This document shows, piece by piece, positions 10,134 through 20,007 of a stretch of 55,500 nucleotides of DNA; within the stretch, counting starts at the first letter, position 1; each line of letters opens with the position of its first letter. Origin of the DNA: an uncultured Leuconostoc sp. (GTDB taxonomy: Bacteria; Bacillota; Bacilli; Lactobacillales; Lactobacillaceae); the NCBI RefSeq assembly GCF_946222815.1, contig NZ_CAMJRK010000001.1, forward strand, positions 1 to 55,500. Reading direction: 5' to 3'. The notes under the pieces are model-generated. The model worked only from the letters and a program-made list of their open reading frames with translations. It was not told where the DNA came from and ran no database searches. The translations under genes and the position numbers were made by a program.

Positions 10134-10613
10134 ATTGTTTGGCTCGTCATTTTCTTCAATTTTATTTTGGGCAACCACAATATTGGCTAGTTGTTCATCA
10201 AACCACTGCGACATTTTTAGTTTAACACTATCAGCATCATCTAAGTATGCCGCAACTGAACTTGCCAATGAAATTTTTAAATTTGATTGACTCACATCAA
10301 TATTTTCAATAATCATATATATATTAACTTGATTATCCTCTTTTTCCGGCCAAATCAATTTTTTTAATTGATTTGTGTAACGCAATGGCAAGTTAACAAT
10401 ATTAGTTTCTAAAGTTAGCGTTGTGCCACCTTCAGTTATGCCACCATTAATTTCACCGTCAATATGTATAAAATTGTCATCATGAATATGCTTGTCTAAC
10501 ATCGTAAAAAGATTATCCAAAGCAATATGATCACTATCTAAAATATTCTCTTTATAAGAGTAAATGGTATCTTCCGAAATGTTTTCTAATGCCTTTTCAC
10601 CTGTAATTTGCAT
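10116..10613 (-). CDS. Hypothetical acidic protein (165 aa)
   Basis: ORF with SD AAAGGA/GAGG; no recognised motif. Confidence 0.75.
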   Translation of the reverse strand: MQITGEKALENISEDTIYSYKENILDSDHIALDNLFTMLDKHIHDDNFIHIDGEINGGITEGGTTLTLETNIVNLPLRYTNQLKKLIWPEKEDNQVNIYMIIENIDVSQSNLKISLASSVAAYLDDADSVKLKMSQWFDEQLANIVVAQNKIEENDEPNNKTSDN

Positions 10614-10748
10614 AGCCTCATCCTTTTAAATTATGTCAATATTAGTTTACCATAGAATAATTATTGAATAAGGTGACAAACAACCATTCAATTGGCATGA
10701 TTATTAAGTTATCATACGAAAAAAGCACTATATTATGTTCAGATGACA

Positions 10749-10810
10749 TAAGAAAACCCAATAATTTCTGAACAGATTTTTATTCTGTCCAAGTTATCGG
10801 GTTCACTTCA
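10749..10810. mobile_element. IS3-family (IS150-like) terminal-repeat remnant / mini-element
   Basis: Minus strand 10810-10785 reads TGAAGTGAACCCGATAACTTGGACAG, like IS3-family ends; degenerate inverted copy TAAGAAAACCCAATAATTTCTGAACAG at 10749-10775; no transposase. Confidence 0.5.
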
Positions 10811-10854
10811 ATACAGTATGGGTGCTTCTTATTTTTAAAAATTATAGTTGCATA

Positions 10855-12228
10855 TTACTTATGTGGCATATGATCCCAAAAATTTTCTTTGTTAATTTGT
10901 CGCGCTCTAGCAATTGCCATAGCATGACCCGGTACATTATTTGTAATTGTTGATCCTGCTGCTGTGATTGCTTCACTAGCAATATTTACCGGCGCAACAA
11001 TTTTTGTATTTGAACCAATAAACGAACGATCACCAACTGTTGTATTGAATTTATTGACACCATCATAATTAACAAAAATTGTACCCGCGCCAATATTAAC
11101 ATCCGCGCCAATAGTTGCATTTCCGATATATGTCAAATGACCTGCCTTCGTGTTAGCAGCTATTGTTGCTTTCTTCACCTCAACAAAGTTACCAATGTGT
11201 ACGTTATCGCCAAGATCTGCTTGTGGCCGCAAATGTGCATAGGGCCCAACAGTTACACCATTAGCTAACTGCGCACTTTCTAGGTGTGATGAGCTAATCA
11301 CGTTATCATCACCAATGATACTATCAGAAATGCGTGATCCTTGAGTTATCACGTTATTTTTGCCAATCACTGTTTGTCCCAAAATGGTAACGCCACTTTC
11401 AATCAATGTGTCTTGGCCAATAACTACTGTGCCATCAATAAACGTACTAGCTGGATCCACCAATTCAACGCCCGAAATCATCAATTGCTGATTAATACGT
11501 TCATGCATGACACGATTTGCGACAGACAAAGCCACACGATCATTGACACCCTGTGATTCGGTGAAATTGTGTAAAGTGTATGCACCAATTTGATGACCAG
11601 CTTGACGCAAAATATCTAACGTATCTGGCAAATAATATTCACCTTGCGCATTGTTGTTTTTCACCTGTGATAATGACTTAAATAACAATTGATTATCAAA
11701 AATATACACACCTGTATTCACTTCTCGAATACGACGCTCTGTTATACTCGCATCTTTTTGTTCTACTATTTTGATCACAGTATCATCATCTGCACGCACG
11801 ATTCGACCGTAACCAGTTGGATCATCAGCAATAGCAGTCAAGACAGTTACTGCATTGTTAGACCTATTATGCTCGTCAATAAATTCTGACAGCGTTTCGG
11901 AACGAAACATTGGCGTATCACCTGACATAATAAGTGTCACACCCTGGCTTGACTCAAGTTGTGATTGTGCTTGCTGAACAGCATGACCAGTGCCGAGTTG
12001 TTCAGACTGTAAAACAAAATCACTACGTTTTCCAACATGTGCCTGAACACTTTCAGCACCAACACCAATGACTGTAATTGGTTTGTTTTTTGAGAGTGGT
12101 TCAACTGCATCCAAAACCCAATCAATCATCATTTGACCAGCAACATTATGTAATACTTTTGGCGCACTTGACTTCATACGCGATCCATTACCAGCTGCCA
12201 ATACTAAGACGTTTACTTCATCAATCAT
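10855..12228 (-). CDS. glmU: Bifunctional UDP-GlcNAc pyrophosphorylase / GlcN-1-P acetyltransferase
   Basis: LAAGNGSRMKS..PKVLH, QLGTGHAV, GYGRIVR, hexapeptide repeats. Confidence 0.97.
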   Translation of the reverse strand: MIDEVNVLVLAAGNGSRMKSSAPKVLHNVAGQMMIDWVLDAVEPLSKNKPITVIGVGAESVQAHVGKRSDFVLQSEQLGTGHAVQQAQSQLESSQGVTLIMSGDTPMFRSETLSEFIDEHNRSNNAVTVLTAIADDPTGYGRIVRADDDTVIKIVEQKDASITERRIREVNTGVYIFDNQLLFKSLSQVKNNNAQGEYYLPDTLDILRQAGHQIGAYTLHNFTESQGVNDRVALSVANRVMHERINQQLMISGVELVDPASTFIDGTVVIGQDTLIESGVTILGQTVIGKNNVITQGSRISDSIIGDDNVISSSHLESAQLANGVTVGPYAHLRPQADLGDNVHIGNFVEVKKATIAANTKAGHLTYIGNATIGADVNIGAGTIFVNYDGVNKFNTTVGDRSFIGSNTKIVAPVNIASEAITAAGSTITNNVPGHAMAIARARQINKENFWDHMPHK

Positions 12229-12234
12229 AATTGA

Positions 12235-13068
12235 CTATGCCTCGCGTTTATAAATTTCTTTTGCGTAATTACCAGCAGTGACTATAATTGGATCACCGTT
12301 TTTAAGATTTGTATCAACATGTAGCAAAGACGTAAAGCGATCAAGAAGACGTGTTGCTGATCTACCTTCAGCAAACACAGCTGTACCAACAACTGTCCCA
12401 TCAAATTCACTAACCAGTGTCTGCATACCTTGAATGGTCCCGCCAGCTTTCATAAAATCATCAACGATTAAGACACGAGATCCTGTACGTAACGAACGAC
12501 GAGATAATTCCATTTTTTCAACACGTTTTGAAGATCCTGTTAAATAGTTCACAGAGACTGTTGGTCCCTCTGTTACTTTAGCATCATCACGCACAATCAC
12601 AAAAGGAACATTTAATTGCTCGGCAACTGCTTGTGCTAGTGGCACACCTTTAGTAGCTGCCGTCATAACTGCATCAATGTTGTCACGTAAATACTGTGTG
12701 GCAATCAATCGACCCACTTGACGTAAAATATCTGGGCGACCTAACAAATCTGACAAATAAACATATCCGCCCGGTAAGACACGTGTTTCATCGTTGACAT
12801 ATTGACGTATTTCTTCAATAAAGCTTTTTGCTTCGTCCTCAGCCATAAATGGTATAAAACGTGCGCCACCCGCAGCGCCAGGGACAGTTTCTAGTAAACC
12901 TGTGCCGCGCTCTTGAAATGTTCTTTTTAAAATGGATAAATCCTCTGAAATAGAAGACTTGGCAGAATCATACCGTTTAGCAAAATAGGACAAAGAAATG
13001 AGTGTACGAGGGCGCTCAAGCATGTAGCGCGCCATATCAACAAGGCGATCCGAACGACGTGTTTTCAT
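12235..13068 (-). CDS. purR: Purine operon regulator PurR
   Basis: MKTRRSDRL, AKSSISEDL, PRPP motif VLIVDDFMKAGGT; purR-glmU synteny; conserved start at 13068. Confidence 0.96.
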   Translation of the reverse strand: MKTRRSDRLVDMARYMLERPRTLISLSYFAKRYDSAKSSISEDLSILKRTFQERGTGLLETVPGAAGGARFIPFMAEDEAKSFIEEIRQYVNDETRVLPGGYVYLSDLLGRPDILRQVGRLIATQYLRDNIDAVMTAATKGVPLAQAVAEQLNVPFVIVRDDAKVTEGPTVSVNYLTGSSKRVEKMELSRRSLRTGSRVLIVDDFMKAGGTIQGMQTLVSEFDGTVVGTAVFAEGRSATRLLDRFTSLLHVDTNLKNGDPIIVTAGNYAKEIYKREA

Positions 13069-13157
13069 GATGTATAAACGTGCGATAAACAAATCAGCAC
13101 GTATTCTCCTTTATAAATATTAATATTTAATATTAATTATAACATTTTTAAAACAGT

Positions 13158-13170
13158 AACGTTCGGTATT
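13158..13170 (-). promoter_or_regulatory. PurBox overlapping the -35 region of the purR promoter
   Basis: AATACCGAACGTT (consensus AWWWCCGAACWWT, 1 mismatch); TG-T-TATAAT -10 at 13144-13136. Confidence 0.7.
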
Positions 13171-13961
13171 TAAGCATTTTTTTGAAACTGCCAAACAGAG
13201 ACTAAATAAATTAAAACTTCAATTATTGCAATAAAAAAACTTGCTGGTAAATTTGTTAGATAGGCCAGTGCTAAGCCAGACCAAGTCCCAAATAAAGCAA
13301 ATATGACAGCTAGACCCATTAATCTTGTCGTAACTGTTACATAGTATTTAGCACTTGCAGCAGGTAAAGTCACCAATACAAAAATTAATAATGAGCCAAC
13401 CAGTTGCGAAGCAATACTAACAGACAAAGCAATCATAACCAAAAAAATATAGCGTACTGCTTTTTGCTGTCTATTTTGTAAAAAAATGCCAGCTTCATCA
13501 AATGACAACTGTCGCAATGAACGATAATTGATTAGCAACGTCACAATAACAAAAATTGCTAACACGATTAGCAATAACAAATTTTCTCGACTAATTCCTA
13601 ACACGGATCCAAATAAAATGCCAGTAGCTGCTGTCGTACTTGTATGTCCAAGTGCTAAAAATAAAATTCCTAATCCGATGGCCAATGCCGAGATTGCGCT
13701 AGTGACATTATCCCGTTTTGTATAACTGGATTCTAGTGCTCCAATCGCTAATGAAGCCCCGCTTGTTGCAACCATCATACCAAGTAATGCAGGCCAACCA
13801 GCAAATAAACCAAAAGCCGCACCAGCAAATCCAATCTCACTTAAAGTATGTGTTAAGAAAGTATAATTACGTGCGACCGCAAATGTGCCGACAATTCCCG
13901 CAACAATACTGACAATCGTTCCTGCCATAAAAGCATTTTGCATAAAGTCATAACTAAACAT
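13170..13961 (-). CDS. Metal (Zn/Mn) ABC transporter permease
   Basis: ABC-3 family: FMQNAF, HTLSEIGFAG, ILFGSVLGIS; start MFSYDF after GAGGT. Confidence 0.9.
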   Translation of the reverse strand: MFSYDFMQNAFMAGTIVSIVAGIVGTFAVARNYTFLTHTLSEIGFAGAAFGLFAGWPALLGMMVATSGASLAIGALESSYTKRDNVTSAISALAIGLGILFLALGHTSTTAATGILFGSVLGISRENLLLLIVLAIFVIVTLLINYRSLRQLSFDEAGIFLQNRQQKAVRYIFLVMIALSVSIASQLVGSLLIFVLVTLPAASAKYYVTVTTRLMGLAVIFALFGTWSGLALAYLTNLPASFFIAIIEVLIYLVSVWQFQKNA

Positions 13962-14658
13962 GATGTACCTCATCTTCTGCATGAATATGCGTCATTTGCG
14001 TTGTTAGAGACTGTAATTCAGCCATTTCCCCTTGAGTCACCTGACCATTTTCAAAAAATAAGTAGCCATCGGCAAACTGGGTCACTAATTCTAATTCATG
14101 TGTGATAAATAAAACGGTTAAATGCTGTGTTTCTTGTAACCGCTTAACAGTCTGTAATAATGTCACTTTATGCTCATGGTCTAAGCTTGATGTAGATTCA
14201 TCTAATATTAACAAATCAGGTTGCTGCACTAACGCTTGCGCGACAAATGCACGTTGCTTTTGTCCACCAGATGCTAATCCTAAACGTTTGTCGCTCATAT
14301 CTGCTAAATCCATTAATTTTAGTGCTGATCTTACCGCTGATTTTTCACGTTTATTCAGCCACAACCGCCACCCTTTATTATAATTTAAGGCCACAAATTC
14401 AGCTATGTTTAAAGGGAAGTCACGTGTGATATCACGAAATTGTGGTACAAAGCCAACACGATTTGTATTTAATTTTAATTCACCTTCAATTTGCTGATTT
14501 TGCCCAATCAGTGCTTTGACAAAACTTGTTTTCCCAGCACCATTCTCACCTAATAACGCAAAAAATCTCCCCGCTGGTATATCAATATTAGCGTGAGCTA
14601 GTATGCTTTTTTCACCATAGTGAATGCCAAAGTCCTTTGTTTGTATGATGCCCATCAT
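13954..14658 (-). CDS. Metal ABC transporter ATP-binding subunit
   Basis: GENGAGKT, SGGQKQR, LLILDES, ITHE. Confidence 0.92.
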   Translation of the reverse strand: MMGIIQTKDFGIHYGEKSILAHANIDIPAGRFFALLGENGAGKTSFVKALIGQNQQIEGELKLNTNRVGFVPQFRDITRDFPLNIAEFVALNYNKGWRLWLNKREKSAVRSALKLMDLADMSDKRLGLASGGQKQRAFVAQALVQQPDLLILDESTSSLDHEHKVTLLQTVKRLQETQHLTVLFITHELELVTQFADGYLFFENGQVTQGEMAELQSLTTQMTHIHAEDEVHHV

Positions 14659-15509
14659 TTACCACTTTCTACTGGTTTAAAAACTGCCTGCAACTGTTCA
14701 ACAAGCGTCAACTGCCATTGCCATACTTTTTGATTTGATGGTAGCACCTGATTAAAGGTAATTACTGGTATGTTCGCATTTTTTGCTAACGTCACCAAAT
14801 GTCGATCTCGATCAGATTGATCCTGACTTGCAGTCAATACAAAGCGAATTTTTTTGTCACCTATTCGCTCGGCTATTTCATCAAATTCTTCATTTGAAAT
14901 AGATTCAATATGCGCTATATCTGAAGTATAGTTTAGCTGTGTCATGAAAACCTGTTGCGCGTTATTTGTTGCAATATAATGCACATTTTTTTCTTGTTTT
15001 AAAGCTTGAATGCCATCAGATAGTGCTTGATTTTGATCTGTTAATTTCTGACTATTGCTTATATAATTATTGCGATTTCCAGGGTCTAAATCGCTTAGCA
15101 AGTCAGACAATCGTGAAATTGTTTTCAAAATAATTTCTGGACTTAACCAATAATTGGCATAAGTTTGATTTTTAACTACATCACTGGCTACTAACAATTT
15201 AGAATGTAACTTTAAATTACGACGTTGCGTTAATAACTGGCTTTGGTGGCTGTCGGTAACGAGTACTTCTGCGTTTTTAAAAATTGTTTTTTCATTATTT
15301 TGTGTTAAATTACCTGAAAATAATGATACATGCCCGTTTTTAGTCACTACCGCTTGTGCTATTTGTTGATAAGCAACATTATCTGTCACGATTTGAACAG
15401 GCACATGATCTGACGGACGCGATGTAACTGTCATTTTCATGCCAATTAAAAAAATGCCAATTGGTATCAGAGAAATCGTTAAAATAGCATAAAACACTTG
15501 TTTTTTCAT
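14655..15509 (-). CDS. Metal ABC substrate-binding protein (ZnuA/TroA-like, degenerate)
   Basis: Operon position, N-terminal TM, YWLSPE and LDPGNRNNY motifs, AKNANIPVI; canonical His ligands absent. Confidence 0.7.
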   Translation of the reverse strand: MKKQVFYAILTISLIPIGIFLIGMKMTVTSRPSDHVPVQIVTDNVAYQQIAQAVVTKNGHVSLFSGNLTQNNEKTIFKNAEVLVTDSHQSQLLTQRRNLKLHSKLLVASDVVKNQTYANYWLSPEIILKTISRLSDLLSDLDPGNRNNYISNSQKLTDQNQALSDGIQALKQEKNVHYIATNNAQQVFMTQLNYTSDIAHIESISNEEFDEIAERIGDKKIRFVLTASQDQSDRDRHLVTLAKNANIPVITFNQVLPSNQKVWQWQLTLVEQLQAVFKPVESGK

Positions 15510-15558
15510 AATTTAAATTATCTCACAACTACAAAAAAAGCCCAATAGGGCATTTTAG

Positions 15559-15792
15559 TTATTCAGCAAAAGTAATATCAATATTATTCGTTAAAATGTC
15601 GGTATAACTGTATGATGCACGTTCAAACTTAGCTTCCTCATCTAGTTCAACAACAAACAAAGAAGGAAATGTTGACCGCAATACACCAGTTCGCTCTGTA
15701 ATCTTTTTGCGACCAGCTTGTGCAACCACTGTAACGGCTTCGCCAACATGGGCGTCGAGTTTAATCTTAATGTCTTGCAAACTACTTGGCAT
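15559..15792 (-). CDS. veg: Veg family protein
   Basis: AGRKK..FPSLFVVELD..SYSYTDILT; start MPSSL after AAAGGTGG. Confidence 0.93.
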   Translation of the reverse strand: MPSSLQDIKIKLDAHVGEAVTVVAQAGRKKITERTGVLRSTFPSLFVVELDEEAKFERASYSYTDILTNNIDITFAE

Positions 15793-15895
15793 TTTTATAC
15801 CACCTTTCGTGAAAAACTTATTTAAGTATAACACAAATAAGCTTCAATTACAAATCAGGCTGTATAATCAGACCAAATCATGAAAAAATATACAG

Positions 15896-16783
15896 TTACT
15901 GCGTTAACTTTTGCTCACGTAAAGCCAGATATAATGTTGTCAGTTGTGTTAAATCTAAGCGCTCTGCACGTATAGAAGGATCAATATCTGCTTGCTTGAG
16001 CGCTGCTGTTATTTTTTCCTTAACATCTATATCTTTACCATACGTTTGCAACATGTTATTCCAAAGACTTTTGCGTCGGTGTGAAAAACTACCTTTAATA
16101 ACACCGAACAATCGCTCTGGTTGGTCAACCACAATTTGAGGAACTAACGGTGTCAGTTTGACTACCGCTGATTCAACCTTAGGCGCTGGATTAAACGCTG
16201 TTGCCGGTACTTCTATGGCTAACTGAGCATTTGCAAAATATTGAATCGTTAGCGTTAAGACACCATAAGCTTTTGTGCCAACATTAGCATTCAAACGATC
16301 AGCGACTTCACGTTGCATCATGACCACAATATTATCCCAAGTAATGTTAGTGCGCAGTAACTGCATCAAAATTGGTGTCGTTATGTAGTAAGGTAAGTTG
16401 GCCACTACTTTGACATGAGCATTGTCACCAAATTCTTCGGCAATAATTTGAGGCAAGTTCATCTCTAAAATGTCACCGGCAATGACCTTAACATTATCAT
16501 AATCTTGTAATGTTTCCCCTAACACGTTGACCATCTGTGTATCGATTTCAAAGGCTAGGACCTTTTTTGCTTCACGCGCTATTTGTTCTGTTAAAGAACC
16601 AATACCTGGCCCAATTTCGATAACATAATCTTCATTTGTAATATTTGCAGTATCCACAATACCGTGTAACACATCTAAATCAGTTAAAAAATTTTGTCCA
16701 AATTTTTTCTTAGCATGTAACCCATATGCGTTTAAAATCGCTTGTGTTCGCGTTGGATCTGCAATATCTATTTTCTCTACCAT
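15896..16783 (-). CDS. rsmA: 16S rRNA dimethyladenosine transferase
   Basis: KKFGQNFL, EIGPGIGSLT, ANLPYYITTP. Confidence 0.97.
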   Translation of the reverse strand: MVEKIDIADPTRTQAILNAYGLHAKKKFGQNFLTDLDVLHGIVDTANITNEDYVIEIGPGIGSLTEQIAREAKKVLAFEIDTQMVNVLGETLQDYDNVKVIAGDILEMNLPQIIAEEFGDNAHVKVVANLPYYITTPILMQLLRTNITWDNIVVMMQREVADRLNANVGTKAYGVLTLTIQYFANAQLAIEVPATAFNPAPKVESAVVKLTPLVPQIVVDQPERLFGVIKGSFSHRRKSLWNNMLQTYGKDIDVKEKITAALKQADIDPSIRAERLDLTQLTTLYLALREQKLTQ

Positions 16784-16787
16784 TTAG

Positions 16788-17348
16788 TCATTTACCTTTC
16801 AATACTGTCAAAATTTGTGCCTGTGTGATCCCGAATTGTTGCACACGCTTTAACAGCTGCTTGCCATTTGTATAACCAATATGCAATGATTCACCGACTA
16901 TTTCACGCCGCTTTCGAGCATTTTGACCATTTAATAAACCATTTTTTAATAAAAATTGTTGATCTATATCCGTCACTATATCAATTTTAGGTGTCATAAC
17001 CGCTGCTAATGATTGTCGTAATATACTGGGTTCCGCATGCTCCACACCAAGCGATTTATGCCAATTATCTTTCTGCGGGCGGCCTTCGCTTTGCGTAATA
17101 TATGCCTGCTTGGCTGAAGGTACAGCTGTTGTCATAATTTGACGAATCCGTTGACCATTAAAATCAGGATCCGTTAAAATAATAATGCCTCGTGTTTTGG
17201 CTGCATGTTGCGCACGCCTGATAGCATCATTATTAACAGCACTACCACCCGTTTCAATTGTGTCAGCAATCACTGCACGCGCTAAATTTTGTGTATCAGA
17301 TTTACCTTCAACAACAATCATTTCATTAATTTGTGGACGTTCAGTCAT
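16788..17348 (-). CDS. rnmV: Ribonuclease M5
   Basis: TOPRIM VVEGKSD, TDPDFNG, SLGVEHA, GYTNGKQL. Confidence 0.95.
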   Translation of the reverse strand: MTERPQINEMIVVEGKSDTQNLARAVIADTIETGGSAVNNDAIRRAQHAAKTRGIIILTDPDFNGQRIRQIMTTAVPSAKQAYITQSEGRPQKDNWHKSLGVEHAEPSILRQSLAAVMTPKIDIVTDIDQQFLLKNGLLNGQNARKRREIVGESLHIGYTNGKQLLKRVQQFGITQAQILTVLKGK

Positions 17349-18138
17349 GATTTAAGAAAAGGCGATGTGCATTTTGACGTGTGATAGATGATAGTTCTTC
17401 CGGTGTCATATTCAATGTATCCGCCAACGAATCAACGATATACTTGACAAGTGCCGGTTCATTATCTTTCCCTCTAAATGGTGTTGGTGCTAAATATGGT
17501 GCGTCAGTTTCAACTAATAAGCGATTTAATGGTACAGACTTGGCTGCTTCACGGACATCTTCAGCCTTTTTAAATGTGACTACACCACTAAACGAGATAT
17601 GCATGCCTAACGCAACAAATGCTGCTGCTTGTTCTGGCGTACCGGAAAAACTATGCATAACACCTTTAGTGACACCGCTATCTTTCAACATCGCATACAC
17701 ATCTTCAAACGCATCACGATTATGAATAATAACTGGTAAATTGTATTTTTTAGCTAGTGCTAGATGTGTTTGAAACGCTTTTTTTTGAACATCATGTGCT
17801 GTCGTTTCCCAATAATAATCTAACCCAGTTTCGCCGACACCAACAACTTTAGCTTGTTGCAGTTGCTTTTCAAGTTTTTCAGCGGCAACAGCATCAAAAT
17901 CGCCAGTGTCTTCTGGCTGAAATCCTAATACTGCATAAATATTATCATGTGCTTGTGCAATTTCTAAGGCGCGTTCATTGCCTTGTGCATCGTAACCGAC
18001 AATATTCATTTCCATTACGCGAAACTCATGCGCTCGACCAATATAAGCTGGCACATCATGAAATAATTTATTATCGTTTAAATGTGTATGTGTATCATAA
18101 CTATCTGCAGGTGTTTTTGTTAAATCGTAAATTGCCAT
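17341..18138 (-). CDS. tatD: TatD family deoxyribonuclease
   Basis: DTHTHL, GETGLDY, HSFSG, ETDAPYLAP; tatD-rnmV-rsmA synteny. Confidence 0.95.
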   Translation of the reverse strand: MAIYDLTKTPADSYDTHTHLNDNKLFHDVPAYIGRAHEFRVMEMNIVGYDAQGNERALEIAQAHDNIYAVLGFQPEDTGDFDAVAAEKLEKQLQQAKVVGVGETGLDYYWETTAHDVQKKAFQTHLALAKKYNLPVIIHNRDAFEDVYAMLKDSGVTKGVMHSFSGTPEQAAAFVALGMHISFSGVVTFKKAEDVREAAKSVPLNRLLVETDAPYLAPTPFRGKDNEPALVKYIVDSLADTLNMTPEELSSITRQNAHRLFLNHD

Positions 18139-18328
18139 ATTTTAAAATGTGCAAAGCACCTTATGCGTCAACGTTTTTCATAGAAAAATATTACTATTGT
18201 TACACAACGTCTGGCAAATAGTACTCTGAACTATTCCTCCATTTTTTAGATATTTAGGGTGCAATCAATAAATCATGCGATAAATGACTGTCATTAAGAA
18301 AAAAAGCCGCGACGCGACTTACAATGAA

Positions 18329-18745
18329 TTATTCTACTTTCGGTGCAGCCGCTGGCGTGAAGTTTTTCAACAAACCATTAACAAACTTACGACTTTCTTC
18401 ATCTGAGAAAGTCTTAGTTAATATCAAAGCTTCATCAATGGACACTTTATAAGGTACCAACTTATTTAATAACTCATATATCGCCAATCGTAAAATAATA
18501 AGATCAGCTTTATTAATACGATTAATTGCCCAGCCATTTGCTAAATGAGCAGAAATTTGTTCGTCTAATTCTGCTTTTGTACCCAAAACACCATTAACTA
18601 ATCGTGGCAAATAATCATCATAATCTTTGCCTTCCAAAACAATATCATACAGTTTATCGATGTTATTGCTTTTTGGATCTTTTTCTAACGCAAACAGCAC
18701 TTGAAAAGCTGCTTGACGTGATTCGTGCCGTGTCAAATTAGACAT
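18329..18745 (-). CDS. nusB: Transcription antitermination factor NusB
   Basis: RHESRQAAFQVLF, ILRLAIYEL, KFVNGLL. Confidence 0.95.
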   Translation of the reverse strand: MSNLTRHESRQAAFQVLFALEKDPKSNNIDKLYDIVLEGKDYDDYLPRLVNGVLGTKAELDEQISAHLANGWAINRINKADLIILRLAIYELLNKLVPYKVSIDEALILTKTFSDEESRKFVNGLLKNFTPAAAPKVE

Positions 18746-19209
18746 TACTTAACCACCTCAGTTATACCAGATTCACCAAATAAATTATCAGGATCAATGC
18801 TACTAGAAATTTTTTCTGGCACAATACCAGTCACGTGAACATTTATTTGTGTCACCTGCAAGTCCGTCATCGATGAAATCTGAGATTGAATTGCATGTTG
18901 GATTTCAAGCGCAACTTTTGGCACAACAACCCCATACTGCAAAAAGACATAGACATCAATTACCAAGCCTTCATCAGCATGTGATAACTCGACACCTTTT
19001 CCACGTGCGTTAGATCCAAATGCATTCGTAAAACGGTCTGACAATGTGCCTCGCATTGAATAAACACCATGTACCTCTTGCGTGGCAATTTGAGCAACTA
19101 CTTCAATGACTTCTGGTGTGACTTGTGTCGTACCACCAACATCTGAATTTTCAGTTGCCAATATAATGTTTTTTGCAGTCTGCTTATTACGCTTAATTTC
19201 TCTGGCCAT
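18745..19209 (-). CDS. Asp23/Gls24 family protein (YqhY-like)
   Basis: PEVIEVVAQIA, KGVEL, YGVVVPKVA..INVHV; efp-asp23-nusB synteny. Confidence 0.9.
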   Translation of the reverse strand: MAREIKRNKQTAKNIILATENSDVGGTTQVTPEVIEVVAQIATQEVHGVYSMRGTLSDRFTNAFGSNARGKGVELSHADEGLVIDVYVFLQYGVVVPKVALEIQHAIQSQISSMTDLQVTQINVHVTGIVPEKISSSIDPDNLFGESGITEVVK

Positions 19210-19342
19210 TATTTAATCCTCGAAAATATTCTTTAAAATAAAAAGTTCCACAGGGGGAACTTTTTGAAACGTGTTCCCTATTACTCAAACACTCACACTG
19301 TAAAATTAAAACACACGACATTTTAATGTCATGCTTGTTTGA

Positions 19343-19903
19343 TTAGGCACGGCCTTTATATGCACCGTCTTCTGTATTGACGATGATTGTTTCACCTTCG
19401 TTAATAAAATCAGGCACTGTTATAGTTGCCCCTGTTTCCAAAGTTGCTGGCTTGCCTGAACCTGTTGCTGTCGCACCTTTAATACCAGGCTGTGTTTCAG
19501 TGATTTTCAAAGGCACTGTTGATGGTAATTCAGCACCCAGAATTTCATTACCATACATCGTTATCTTAACTTCCATACCTTCAAGCAAAAACTTTAAGGC
19601 TGACGCAATTTTATCGTCTGGCAAATTGACTTGTTCATATGTTTCAACATCCATGAAAACACGACCATCATTTTCAGCATACAAATACGACATAGGACGT
19701 GTTGTAATGTCGGCCTGTTCAAACTTATCTCCAGGACGGAATGTGACTTCGTTAACAGCACCAGTCCGCAAGTTCTTCAACTTTGAGCGAACAAAGGCGC
19801 CACCTTTACCAGGCTTCACGTGTTGAAAATCTAAAACACGCCATAGTCCATTCGTATACTCAATTGTCAAACCATTTTTCAAATCATTCATGCCAATAGC
19901 CAT
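19343..19903 (-). CDS. efp: Elongation factor P
   Basis: [29 protein letters not shown]. Confidence 0.98.
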   Translation of the reverse strand: MAIGMNDLKNGLTIEYTNGLWRVLDFQHVKPGKGGAFVRSKLKNLRTGAVNEVTFRPGDKFEQADITTRPMSYLYAENDGRVFMDVETYEQVNLPDDKIASALKFLLEGMEVKITMYGNEILGAELPSTVPLKITETQPGIKGATATGSGKPATLETGATITVPDFINEGETIIVNTEDGAYKGRA

Positions 19904-20007
19904 GATTAATATCCTCTTTTATTAATAATATAGTTTATTATAACAGAAAACTACTATATTTGCAGTCTTCACACAAGATAGAATTTTACCACAAACATGT
20001 TGTCATA

